64,000 nt of DNA from Diadema antillarum (taxonomy: Eukaryota): NCBI RefSeq assembly GCF_040938485.1, contig NW_027270918.1:4030001-4094000 (forward strand). Direction: 5' to 3'. Positions within the stretch are counted from its first letter, which is position 1; each line of letters starts with the position of its first letter. Under the pieces are notes generated by a model. The model was given only the letters and a program-made list of their open reading frames with translations. It was not told where the DNA came from and made no database searches. This document shows, piece by piece, positions 36,514 through 48,495 of the stretch. Position numbers and translations under genes: made by a program.

Positions 36514-36798
36514 CAGTTGTCATATCATGATCCTCAATATCATCAATCAGTACCGGGAATGAATTTCTAGGTCTGCGATATATTCTAGATCTAGGTCTAA
36601 ATTCACAGTTAGCATGGACATGGTTTATAAATTTACTGAAGTTAAATTTGGCTCGGTGTCATGTGTCGCAGCCGCAGTGTGCGTTCACTACAGTTTCTGA
36701 AGAAATGTTGTCAGTGCAACAGACCCGATGGCAGTTATCAAAGTATTTTTTTTTTTTATTTTTTTTTACCCTGGACCTGAAAGTTGGACTACCGGGGT

Positions 36799-37170
36799 AG
36801 GCCTACCGGGTAGCGTTTTTTTTAAAGACGGCACAGATTGGGGCATGGCGCGTGTTAAACCTATGGGAAAAACGTTGGGTTAGGGCTTTTGGTTATGGTT
36901 ATGGTTATGGTTAGGGTTAGGGTAACCGCAGCAGCGACCCCATACGGACAAATACGTACCGTAAAGGGCTGTTACTGTGTTANNNNNNNNNNNNNNNNNN
37001 NNNNNNNNNNNNNNNNNNNNNNNNNNNNNNNNNNNNNNNNNNNNNNNNNNNNNNNNNNNNNNNNNNNNNNNNNNNNNNNNNNNNNNNNNNNNNNNNNNNN
37101 NNNNNNNNNNNNAGATTTTTAGTTTCCCCAATCTGTGCCGTCTAAAAAAAACACGCTACCGGGTAGGCCT
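36799..37170. mobile_element. TIR element carrying telomere-like repeats, spanning an N gap
   Basis: About 45-bp TIRs AGGCCTACCGGGTAGCGTTTTTTTTAAAGACGGCACAGATTGGGG / CCCCAATCTGTGCCGTCTAAAAAAAACACGCTACCGGGTAGGCCT; internal (GGTTAT)3(GGTTAG)-type run. Confidence 0.7.
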
Positions 37171-37234
37171 TTGCGCATTACACATCCATTCATAACACCG
37201 GGCAGGGGCCCTGCCACTAAAGCCTGGCAAAGGA

Positions 37235-37333
37235 CCAAGGACCTGTAAGGACTGGAACAGCCTCCAAGAGGACCCAGCTTCTTCTTCTTCTCTCGACGCC
37301 TTCCGGCTTGTCTTGAGTGGGAAGAAGAAATAG
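37235..37333 (+). mobile_element. Small 3'-end fragment of a CR1/L2 ORF2
   Basis: Translates to PRTCKDWNSLQEDPASSSSLDAFR, matching the PRT..DWNSLP....SL.AF C-terminal motif of these LINEs. Confidence 0.6.
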
Positions 37334-38599
37334 TTTTGTCTCCAGCAGAGGACACAAATTTTGGTAATCATGTAGAAATGCACACCATGCACACCTACCA
37401 TTTCTTTGCTTAATTTGTCATTAAAACTTCTCGTGGCTATCAGAAATGTCAAGAAGAACGATATCTGATGGTTTTATGAAATTTCATAGCCAATTACAGA
37501 AGAAAAGTAGCTAATTTTTACTCAAAAGTACGCCGATCGACGGCGGTGTCAGCGTAGCATGATTGATGATCGATTATGTGGAAAAGCGATATAATGATGA
37601 TGATCGATCGTTGTAGTCTGTGATACAGCCGTTTGTTTGGTGTTTAACCACAATAATTACGTCGGCTTGACAGTAAAAAAGTTGAAGAAAGAAAGTGATC
37701 TTGATGCGTTGTTTTTTTTTTTGGCTTTTTTTTTAAAGTTAATTTTCTCCTGCGTGCTGCGTTTGACTGTATATCTGTCAACATATTTTGCTGACTAAAT
37801 GATGGGAGGATATAAGTGTACAAAACAAAAGATATATGAAAAAATGAATAATACACAATAAAATGGACCTTCCTACAAAACAAAAGCAAATATTGGGGTT
37901 TTTCTTGTATACATAATTAATAAAATGAAATGGAAAAATGAATACTATCATAAAAACAATAATTTATACTATAAATTGAACTCATCAATTAAAAACATAA
38001 ATTTGATACCATTTACCATCACCAGAAACAAACAAATCCCCTTCGAAATCAACTTCCTTCTCATCTTCTTTTCTCTCTCTTTCTCTCTCTCCCTCCTTCT
38101 AACAGCCTAACCCTTTTCTTCCACTTTTCCTCCAACCTCATTCTTTTCCCTTCAACTCTAAACGTTATTCAAATTAAATCACCAACTTTTGTCATGATAA
38201 AATCAATACTTGCCACAATTTCTAAAGAAAGGACGTCTAAATCCTGGTAGACATCTATGAATAATCTATATCAATAATTTGAATAGTGACATTCATGATA
38301 GTGGCAATGAAAAGAATGAGAAAAACAATACGAAAATGAAAGTAGATCTAGGGCCCACACGTATTGCACAAGTCATGTTAATGTTGTTAATAAGCGGCTA
38401 ATTAGAGACTACCAGAATCGATTATAATCGTTGACATTATTCTCTGTAAAATCGATGCACTACTTACTACGTCGGAACTATGATCGCGACCGACGTACTT
38501 TTCAACTCCGATTTCTCATTTTTCTTCCCTTTCCGGCTTTCTAATTCTACGAAAACTCTCTGATATGGTTCAATTTAGCATCTCAAAGAGCTGCACAAA

Positions 38600-38900
38600 A
38601 TTTGATTGACAAACGGTGAAGTGAACGGTAGGTGTGCATTTCTACATGATTACCCAAATTTTTACTTACACGTTGTATATACGCACTTGCACGAAAGCTA
38701 TCCTGTCGTAGACGTGTGTGAGGGTCCACACACTCACACGCATTTCACAGTGCGATAATCTTCAAAACTTGAAGCTGCACTCTACCTGGAAGAAGAAGAA
38801 GAAGAAGAAGGAAAAGAACCAGTCCAGTGCAGTGACAGCGTAGTTACAAACAACACAAAATTCAACATATGGGACTGGCATCTTCACGGCTCAGTGGGCT
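38600..38900 (-). promoter_or_regulatory. Candidate promoter / non-coding first exon of the zinc-finger gene
   Basis: Locally CpG-rich stretch with a minus-strand consensus donor CAACGT|GTAAGT (exon end 38670), upstream of the coding exons. Confidence 0.35.
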
Positions 38901-39152
38901 AAATGATGATGAGATCAAACCGAATGGCGAACCTTTCAAGAGAAAAGAGAAGGAATCACGTTGAACGACTTCTGTCTAAACGTAAAATGTACTTCATTTG
39001 CTGTGTTGGCGTCCGTGGAAACCTATGCCCGGTTGCAAACTATCGGTGAAACCACAGACAGCCAGTCGCTAGCTGCCGTTGTTGTTGTTATTATTATTTT
39101 GATTGTTCCTACGCGATCCCGAGGGTCGAGGGTAGAACCTAGTTTTACCTAC

Positions 39153-41160
39153 CATTTCATTTTTTTTCATTTCATTTATTTCCACAACTTGCACAACTGG
39201 TTAAAAAAAAAAAAAGAATGAACAATACAGGACAACATGTCAATCATAATATGCAATACAGGGTGTGGAGGAAGAAGCAAAGGCCATTGACCTGTCAAGG
39301 CTTCTCCCTAGTAAACAGCAACAATTATGACACAATACAAAAAAAGAAGAACAAAACAAATCAAAACAAATCAAAACAAGACAAAACGAAAACTACTGAT
39401 ATGTACATATATTACCATAAAGGAAATTATTACAGGAAGGCATTATTGCACGTATATGAATTTACAACATATTCTTTATATTTTCTCTTGAATGCAGATA
39501 TAGAGACACACTGCTTAATATTACATGTATTTGGGAGACTGTTCCACATCTTAGGGCCAATATATATTATTGTGGATCGTGAGAACTCATACTTGAAATT
39601 GGGCAATCTATAATCTTCCCCCTGTCTTGTACGATATCGACTTACTTCATTATTCTTTACAAAATCAAAATCATAAAAACATGGCAACATATTATTTCTA
39701 AACAGATACATAAAACAGACAGTTTGGGACTTATTAATATCAAATATTTTCAGAAAATTTAATTTTTCAAACAGATGACTGGAATGCGAATATGGTTTTC
39801 GAGTTCGTTATGATTCTTATTGCACGCTTCTGAAGAACTAAAATTCGATTCAAATGGCATATTGCACTGTTCCCCCAAATGATATTGCAGGAGGTAAGGT
39901 GCGGCAAGATCAAGGTTTGATAAAGTCTAATAAGTATGTTGAACGGTAAAATATGTTTTAGCCTATTCATAACACCGATTGTTTTCCTTATCTTCACACG
40001 TGACAAACCATATCAATATGTTCCTTCCACATTAATTTTTCATCAATTACTACACCCAAGAATTTCACTGACTTAACAAAAGAAATCTTACAATTATCAA
40101 TGCATATATCAACTTCATTTACAATATATTTGTTTCTAGGCTTAAAAAGCATACAACATGTTTTATCCACGTTTAATTTAAGTCTATTTGCTTGAAACCA
40201 ATCATTAACTAAACAAAGTTCATGATTAAAAGTTGAACAAAGAACATTCATATCATTACCAGACAAGAATAAACTAGTGTCATCTGCAAAAGCAATAGTG
40301 TGAAGTAACTTACTTGAAAAATGCAAATCATTAACATATATAAGGAATAATAAAGGCCCTAAAACAGATCCCTGAGGAACACCAATATTTACACAACGAT
40401 ATGTAGACGATATACCATTTATGGACACATATTGCACTCTATCACATAAATAACTCCGAAACAAATTCAATGCAGTACCTCTGATACCATATATTTCCAT
40501 CTTTTTGATAAGAATATTATGATCCATACAATCAAAAGCTTTAGAAAAATCTAAAAATAATCCAATCAAAAACTTCTGATTTTCAAAAGACTGTGCTATT
40601 ATATTATCTAATTCCATTAAAGCCATGTATGGAAGAATACCCTTTTCTGAAACCAAATTGTTTCGAATATAAAATATCTCTTTCAAGTAAAAATTTCATC
40701 AGCTGATTATATATCAACCTTTCAAATATCTTCGAGAAAACAGATAAAAGAGAAATAGGTCTATAATTTGTTAAAAGATCTTTATCACCTCCTTTGTGGA
40801 CAGGAATAAGTTTTGCTATCTTTAAACACTTTGGAAACACACCATCCTTTAAAGATGTATTAAACATATTGCACATGGGATTTACAAATAAAATAATACT
40901 CTTCTTTATAACATAACTATCAATATCAATCATCATATCCAGGACTTTAACCTGTTTTTAAATTTTGTACAATTTCGAGAATATCACATACTTGTATAGG
41001 CCTTAAAAACATAGAGTGAGGATTATTACTTGTTGATAAAAATTTCGTAAAATGTGAAGAGGTAGATGGAACTGTATCTACAATTTTTGAACCTATATTA
41101 CTAAAAAAATACATTAAATGTATCAGCATTTAATATACATTATCAGACCCGGATATACGG
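39153..41160 (-). mobile_element. 5'-truncated, frameshifted CR1/L2-group LINE (reverse transcriptase pseudogene)
   Basis: Consecutive ORF pieces at 41129-40947, 40936-40604, 40686-39994, 40006-39767 and 39711-39430. They carry NYRPISLLSVFSKIFE, LDFSKAFD, GVPQGSVLGPLLFLIYVND, FADDT, KFLGVVIDEKL.W and GPKMWNSLP. The 3' end is AATAAA (39180-39175) plus an (AAATG)n-type tail. No endonuclease domain is present. Confidence 0.92.
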
Positions 41161-42153
41161 ATTTGTAAATGAAAGCAACATGGATACATCTATCCACAAT
41201 TCAATGATCAATTCAAGCGGTGACAGCGTAGATCTAGAAATCTTGAGTTATGCAATCCTTTTAAAGTTTTAACAAAAAAGCGTTTAATTCAGCAACTAAG
41301 GCATATTTGAACTAAAGTCAAATTCCAGTATTATCAGTTACAGAAATGAGACTTCTTTACTTCTTAAACTTCCTAGAAGTTATCTACTCCAGATAAGAAC
41401 TTTATCAACATCATAAAGAAAGAGAGGGATGGGGAGAGAGAGAGAAAGAGGGAGAGAGAGAAAAAGAAAAAAACCGTTCAGAACAGTGCAAAAAAAAAAG
41501 AAGCAAAATAGGATGAAAAATACAGATGCTATCAAAGAACTTATGACATTTTGAAATGTCATTTTTTTTTTCGGAAAACACTTCTTGACCAGTCGTAATA
41601 TGAATATTCAAATCCGCAGTCATCCCCTTGAAGGCGTTCAATTTGATCATGATTTTTTTGTTTTGTTTTGTTTAAGTGAATTATCTCAGCCAAAAGGCAG
41701 AGAATAGAAGCGATGTTAGCAGATGCTGATGATATTGCAGTTTTTTAAAATCTCACAGGGTTTGTAAAAATATGATTTTGTACAACATTGAGTTAGCAGT
41801 TGCAAAAATCACAGAAGCATTGATTAGATATGAAATCTTTGATATTCAAATAGAGCCTATGTATGGAACTTTCAGATTCATGGTTTCTCCACATTTTAGT
41901 CTGAAATTGCATATGAAATGCATTGAATAGCATTTTACTAAAACCCACCATGGTGTCACCACAAACCTTTCTCCCTTATATCTGACAACAAAATAGAAAA
42001 TATTTTAATAGGACTTATTGTTAATTGAAGATCTATTGTGATTGTCAATGGTATATCAAAATAATTTATATAGTCTGCCAAAGTCCCCAAAATTCCCCCA
42101 GTACTGAATAAATGATAAGCTATTTTATAAGAAAAAGAACAAAATCCAACATT

Positions 42154-42208
42154 TAATTCATTAAAATGTTGTACTGAAGCTAATTCATTAAAATGTTGTA
42201 CTGAAGCT
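42154..42208. repeat. 27-bp perfect tandem duplication
   Basis: TAATTCATTAAAATGTTGTACTGAAGC occurs twice. Confidence 0.9.
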
Positions 42209-43052
42209 ATCAACAGTCTCTAGTAGGCCTATGAATCTTTGGTGTCATATTGCATTTGATGAATGCAGAGAGCCAGGTTTATTGACAGCTATATGTTCAA
42301 GACTGTGGATATTTCTCGCAGATATTTCCTTTAAGGAACTTGTAATGAGCTATTCAGTGTATTGATCATTTGTTCCCATCGGGGTTTCTATGTAGGCCTA
42401 CTTTGTTGTGTTGAGAAAAAAAAAAGTTCCATGATGGATGAAGAAGGATCTTGATGAAAGATTTTTACCCTTATTGGTTTGTACAGCATCTCTATGCTGC
42501 ACGAACTGTTTTAGTGCTTATTCTTCTCAAACGCCNNNNNNNNNNNNNNNNNNNNNNNNNNNNNNNNNNNNNNNNNNNNNNNNNNNNNNNNNNNNNNNNN
42601 NNNNNNNNNNNNNNNNNNNNNNNNNNNNNNNNNNNNNNNNNNNNNNNNNNNNNNNNNNNNNNNNNNNNNNNNNNNNNNNNNNNNNNNNNNNNNNNNNNNN
42701 NNNNNNNNNNNNNNNNNNNNNNNNNNNNNNNNNNNNNNNNNNNNNNNNNNNNNNNNNNNNNNNNNNNNNNNNNNNNNNNNNNNNNNNNNNNNNNNNNNCA
42801 CACAATACCACCACTTCATCGGACTCCACGTGAGCAAGCAGGGAGGTCACCTCCGTGATCCCTGGAGCAAGGGAGAAAGGTGAAGTGTAGTGGTAGAGCA
42901 AGGAGGTAGTACCATCAAATCCCGGCCGTGCACCGTACGTGCGTGGGATCGGATAGAGGCGTGAAGTCGGCGACTACAGCTGCATATAATACATCGTGTT
43001 TCTGCCTGCCCGCGTCGTCTGAACCTCAACAGGAGATCAAATATCGACAATC

Positions 43053-43130
43053 ATGGCGGAAAAGCAGAGTAATTCACTGCCAGTCGAAGAAGTGGACGGT
43101 TGTTGCTCGGAGCCTGATCCATCAACAAAG
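43053..43130 (+). CDS. GLO1: GLO1 exon 1
   Basis: atcATGGCG start; encodes MAEKQ...[10 protein letters not shown]; donor AAG|gttcgg. Confidence 0.9.
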
Positions 43131-46100
43131 GTTCGGATAAATGCTGGAAATTTGCGTGCTCAGTTAATCTTTTTTAGACCAACGTCAGCGATAGGAGCTG
43201 ACCTCGTTTTTTGGTGAACACAAGTTCACACAGTAAACACAACCTTATCCACAACCCGTTCGCGTTGCGGGCCGGGCGCCGCGCTGTAACCTCGCACTTG
43301 CATGGCTGAACGAGATTAGGGAAATGCCGACTCATGCATGCATACACTTACTGGACTTGGTGACTAAATAAGAGTGTTGACATTTATAGATCATGTGAAA
43401 TATGTTTGCATGCAACAATTGATGGAAAAACAGTGGAAAAAAATAGCAAAATGCACTCCATCAACTCAAACTTTCATGTAACCGTGTGATACTAATGCCT
43501 TGCCTGTCAATTGATTTCACATGCTTGGATAATAGTGAGTAGTGATACCTTGTCCTTGACCGAAAGATCGGTCTGTATCTGGTCGTCGGGGATATGTTCC
43601 GCTGAGACTGCGTCTGTCTTCACGGATCCCCTCCTAAAGTCCTATACTCCAGAGGAGAGCGATAACGTCAAAAAAATAAAAGACTCCTCCGGACAGACGG
43701 ATCTTTCTGTCTAATATAGTAATAAGTGATACCAAGCAGCAAGCTGCACCGAAATCATGCAAAAGCATTCTAGGACAACTATTCCTGAGATACATTGTAT
43801 TTAATGTGGATAGTATACTTCATTACTTGGGTGACCCGCACCTCGTCATAGTTAATGTTTGCCCATATTTGAATCACATTTCGCCACTGAAATTCTTTGA
43901 AATCCAACTCACATACAGGAAAAATGCTGAAAATTCCAATGGAATCACAAGTTCACTGATCGATATTGAAAATTTGCAGCTATTGTCGTCGAACGCGAAT
44001 GATGCGAAAAAGTTGCACGCTAAGGAAGGGGCCCGCAACTCGTCACCCGCTCTCCCATAGGCATAGACTTAGCACGTAAAAGACGTGTGCGGGTGACAGT
44101 GATGTTCCCATAGACATACACGTAAAAGATGCGTGCGGGTGACTTATAACACGTATTCCTATAGCCCTATGAAAATTTCAGATTTTCGCGAAAAACTGTT
44201 CGGTTTTCACCACAATTTGCTTGATTGTGGTAGCCCTGCCAAGTTTCAAGCGTACAGAACACAATCCCGGGCATACATTTTTGTTTAGTGCGCTCAAAAC
44301 AATTTTAAGTGGGGTGACGGTATTAGGGCCCCTGACGAGGTGCGGGCACCTCACTATACATCGTATGTGTAGGCACTTTGGTGTGAGGGCAAATTCATTG
44401 ATTTTTTTATTTTTTTTTGGGGGGGGGGGAGGTGGAGGAAGGGTGGGCGTTTTGTGTGCCTGCACTCCCTGCATCAAGAGATCGCTCAAGGTTATGCTTG
44501 CATATCACACCCAACATTAAACAAGTGATGAAGATTTTGATTAAAGAGCAAAGATTTGATGAGGCGAATGAAGTATTACTGGTGGATATTAATTTTAGGA
44601 AGCATGTTCTTTGTCTCTGAGTTATAGAATCTATGATCCTCAAGCTCAAGTTCATTTGATGAAAGCTTACTCCAGCTGACATTTTGAACTTTGCTGCTTA
44701 TAAGGAGGCATATTGTCAATGTCATCATTGTGGCAATGTGTAGGTTGGGCAGTTATAGGCTTATCTCATGCTTGCAAATTTTGCATTATCCAAACAATTC
44801 TCCCTTTATTTGTCATTTGAAATATGCCTTCTCTTTATACCTAAAAATGCATATTTGAATTATCATACCTGCAGTTCAAATACCAAAAAGTTGTCTGATG
44901 GGCTCTCTATAATTTCAATTTTACAGGGCTTCATCATGCAGCAGACAATGTACCGGATCAAAGACCCTCGCAGATCGCTTGACTTCTACACTAGGGTTCT
45001 GGGAATGAGGTACAATGGAAAATTTCATACAAAATTCACATCAAAGAGAAAAAAGCTCAGAACAATTCAGCGACATGGAAGTGACAGTGTATTAGGGCCA
45101 GATCAGATAAATAATGACAAACTTATGACCTTTTGAGTGTCACTTTTTTCTCTCAAATATCATCTTTGAGGGGGGGGGGGGGATTTCAAAATGGTTGTAT
45201 TATAGTGAAATGCCACTCCATTTTTTTTTACAAAGTACAAAAAAAAATTGTATAAGTTCCATTTAAGGCACACAAATGTAAAAATGTCTTGAATAAAGTT
45301 TTACATCTTTTAGAATGCATATCTCGAGCAAAATTGTAGACAGATGTAAAGAAATATAAGGTAATGATGTCACCTCAAGTTGTACATTAAACTTCCTGTG
45401 AATCTTCACGAAATATCTTGCTTTGAAATCAGGCAAAGAGTATCATTTAGATTATATGCGTCAAGTTATTGTGGAGTTGTAACAACAAAACCCAAATGGA
45501 CAATTGCAAACAAATTGCTTTAAAAAGTTACGCAGTGAGTCATGGAAATGATGCATGCACTCTTGTTTACTTGTTTCAGATTATTGACCAGACTGGATTT
45601 TCCTGAAATGCAGTTCACCTTGTTTTTCATGGGCTACGCAGACGAAGCTGACATCCCAAAGGACAAAAGAGAGCGTACCATCTGGACCTTTAATCAACCA
45701 GCCACAATAGAGCTGACATAGTGAGCATCAATATGTACAGTCAGCTTGGTGACTTGGTTTAAATGTTTGAATCTTATTTATGGAATTACAGTCAACCTTC
45801 CCTAAGTCAAATCTATTTGGACTGAAGAAAAAGCTTCGACTAATGAGGGATTAAAATCAATGGAATATAAAAAGAAGAGGACTTGAAAAGACCTTCAACT
45901 TATGCGATTATTGGAAATATGTTAGGTTGACTTTAGCAAGATTGACTGTACAAACTGAAATGCAAACGTGCCCACAGGTTTGCAAAGACACCAAATTGTT
46001 AGATGAAACAAAAATTGAAATTACTTTCACTTAAGATTTGGCATTATATTTAGTCAGGATCTTTGCCAAACATTTAAGGGATTGATGCATCAGATTTCAG

Positions 46101-48057
46101 TTGAAACATGGTTTCTAGTTTCAGTCGATTACATTCATTTCCATGCACTCTTGTACATATTCAAGTGTGTAAACAATATATTCATGCCATGGTTCATGGA
46201 TTAGAGTGCACATACTTTCACTTCCGTGTGTTTTAGTGAGCTGTCTAAATGTGCCAAATATGCTGACTCATTACCAAAGGAAAAGGGTGTGCTTCCAGGT
46301 TTATAGACTCTTAGAGGAAAGTATACATCTCAAATGCCCAAGCTCCATTACTTAGTTTCTTGTTATTTGTCAGTTTTGCATTCGTGATTAAAATCAGCCT
46401 CTCATAATACTATGAGCTACTGAGTCCATTTTGCTTTTAATGTTGAGTAGGTTGTTAGTGGTACTGTATTGCAGTGTATGGAATACTAAGTTTGGAAAAA
46501 ATAACTAAATGGTTTAACTTGTGTTGCCTGTTGTATATTGAACAATAGATGGGACTGAAACATATCTGCAACACACTTCTTCTGTCACTAGTTCTTGTAA
46601 TGGTTATGCCATTTTTTAAATACGAATATGTATCTGAATTATTTTCAGCCATTTTTAAAAGAGTCATGTGTGTCATATTCTTCCATAATTGATATGTTTT
46701 GTATCCCAATAGAAATTATTTATTATTGTGTACGATCTTGATTATTTCTCTCTTTACTTCATTCATACAGCAACTATGGTACTGATAAAGATGACGCTTT
46801 CCCAGGCTACCACAATGGCAATAAAGAACCAAAAGGCTTTGGTAACTTCATCCCCCTCTATTCTTTGTCTACTGGTAGTAACCTCCTTTAGATCTTTGCG
46901 ATATTCGCCAAATTTTGTGTCAGAATTTGAAAGTTTATGTGATACTTTGATAGTGGAGAGATGATACATTCATTGTGATTTTGTTAATTTTCTGTCCAGT
47001 CGCCACAGGCATCATCAAAGTCATGTAGCAAATGTAACAAGATAACTGCGAAACTATTGCATTATGTACAATATCACATTTGTTGATATTGTAACTGCGA
47101 AAAGCCGATTTCTTCATTTTGCCAGAGTATTGTCTTGAAGAAAATGAGACAACAGTAGGATGAATGAAGTTTGAATTATCATATACTGGAGATTCTCTCA
47201 ACAAGTACGTAGGCCTAATTACTACTGGTAATACAGTATATGAAATCTAATTACTGTGTGCTCCAGATTTAAGACTTTTAACTTCAAGGAAACTTTGAGT
47301 TGACTCTTGCTGCACTACACTCATATAAGACTGCTTACTCATTAGCTATCTTAGCTTGAAGAACTCTGTCATGTTTAAAAATGCAGTGGCACTGGGACAT
47401 GAGCTTGACTGAAGTTTTTTCTACTGAGTGGTTGATTTTTTATTCCTGTTCTTTAATACTGTACGTAGGTCACATAGGCTTGTCAGTGCCTGATGTGTAT
47501 GCAGCCTGTGAGCGGTTTGAGAAGCTTGGGGTCAACTTCATCAAGAAACCAGATGGAGGTGAGTGTACTAATTTTGTTTGGTGTTGTGTGTATCTACTAC
47601 TCCATCTTGCAAACCAGCCCATTAATATGTTTTATTTTCTAACTATATCAATTGTTTTGTTGTTCTTGTTTTTTCTTCCTACATCTTGAACAAACATGTA
47701 TGACTTTAATATGAAAAATATCTTCCCGTCTGAAATTGAGTTTTGCTTGCTCAATTTTGTGCAACATCGCTTATTTTTTTTTTTTCAGCATGTACTGTAG
47801 CCTTCAGAATGTTTTGTTTGTTTGTTTAACTGTACATCAGTGTGTTTTTAGTATTCAAAGGATGACAGGCCTACATACTTATGATTACTGGCTGGACTAC
47901 ATCCATGACTGCCATAAGATCACTTAAATGATGAATCAAAATTGATCGCAAATGCTGGATGATTTGCAGCAACACCCTCCACTTTCCTCATTAAACAACT
48001 ACCAATTAAATCATGCAGAGAGTTTTTTCCTCATAACCCTAAGCCCTCCCCCCCCCC

Positions 48058-48088
<31 letters not shown>

Positions 48089-48495
48089 GAAAGAGCGGCA
48101 GTACTAAGGGCCAACTGTACATCAGTGGGTATGTACTATGCAAGAAGTGACTTCATGCATGAAACTCTATGCTATTAGCTGGTTATGCATTGTGACTGTA
48201 ATAGTGCTGTTTTTGCCAGAGCTAAGCTGTGTCTGCAGATTTGTCATTCCATGTGTTCCCTGGCAATAAAAATAATGGACATGTCCTGCAAGCGATTGTG
48301 ATTGTAGACTATTTCACCTGCGCTGACATAAACAATGTAGTCTTGTGAATCTCAAGCTTACATAGAATATCATATGTGATAAAATTCTTTCTGTCTCTCT
48401 GTTTCTTTCCAGGAAAAATGAAAGGACTAGCCTTTATCCAAGACCCAGACGGTTACTGGATTGAGATCCTATCTTCCAAAAACATGGTGAAATGA
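43053..48495 (+). CDS. GLO1: Lactoylglutathione lyase (glyoxalase I), 6 coding exons, 181 aa
   Basis: join(43053-43130, 44927-45009, 45580-45720, 46771-46841, 47469-47558, 48413-48495) = 546 nt, all GT-AG and in frame. Protein: [73 protein letters not shown]...ATIELTY-NYGTD...[68 protein letters not shown]. Metal ligands equivalent to human Q33/E99/H126/E172 are present. Confidence 0.97.
43558..43711. repeat. Short inverted-repeat element in GLO1 intron 1
   Basis: GACCGAAAGATCGGTCTGT versus ACAGACGGATCTTTCTGTC. Confidence 0.45.
43831..44349. mobile_element. Inverted-repeat element in GLO1 intron 1
   Basis: GTGACCCGCACCTCGTCA / TGACGAGGTGCGGGCAC inverted pair; internal duplicated unit CCCATAG...CACGTAAAAGA.G.GTGCGGGTGAC. 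Confidence 0.5.
44927..45009 (+). CDS. GLO1: GLO1 exon 2
   Basis: ttttacag|GGC...GAG|gtacaa; encodes [27 protein letters not shown]. Confidence 0.95.
45580..45720 (+). CDS. GLO1: GLO1 exon 3
   Basis: ttgtttcag|A...ACATA|gtgagc; encodes [46 protein letters not shown]. Confidence 0.95.
45788..45950. mobile_element. Tc1/mariner-type MITE in GLO1 intron 3
   Basis: TA|CAGTCAACC...GATTGACTG|TA; truncated relative at 52669 to about 52792. Confidence 0.65.
46771..46841 (+). CDS. GLO1: GLO1 exon 4
   Basis: catacag|C...TTTG|gtaact; encodes [23 protein letters not shown]. Confidence 0.93.
47469..47558 (+). CDS. GLO1: GLO1 exon 5
   Basis: cgtag|GTCAC...GGAG|gtgagt; encodes [30 protein letters not shown]. 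Confidence 0.95.
48413..48495 (+). CDS. GLO1: GLO1 exon 6
   Basis: ttctttccag|GA...TGA; encodes [27 protein letters not shown]. Confidence 0.95.

Noticed and set aside
36884-36925. True telomere
   Set aside because: Short, degenerate, interstitial and enclosed by TIRs.
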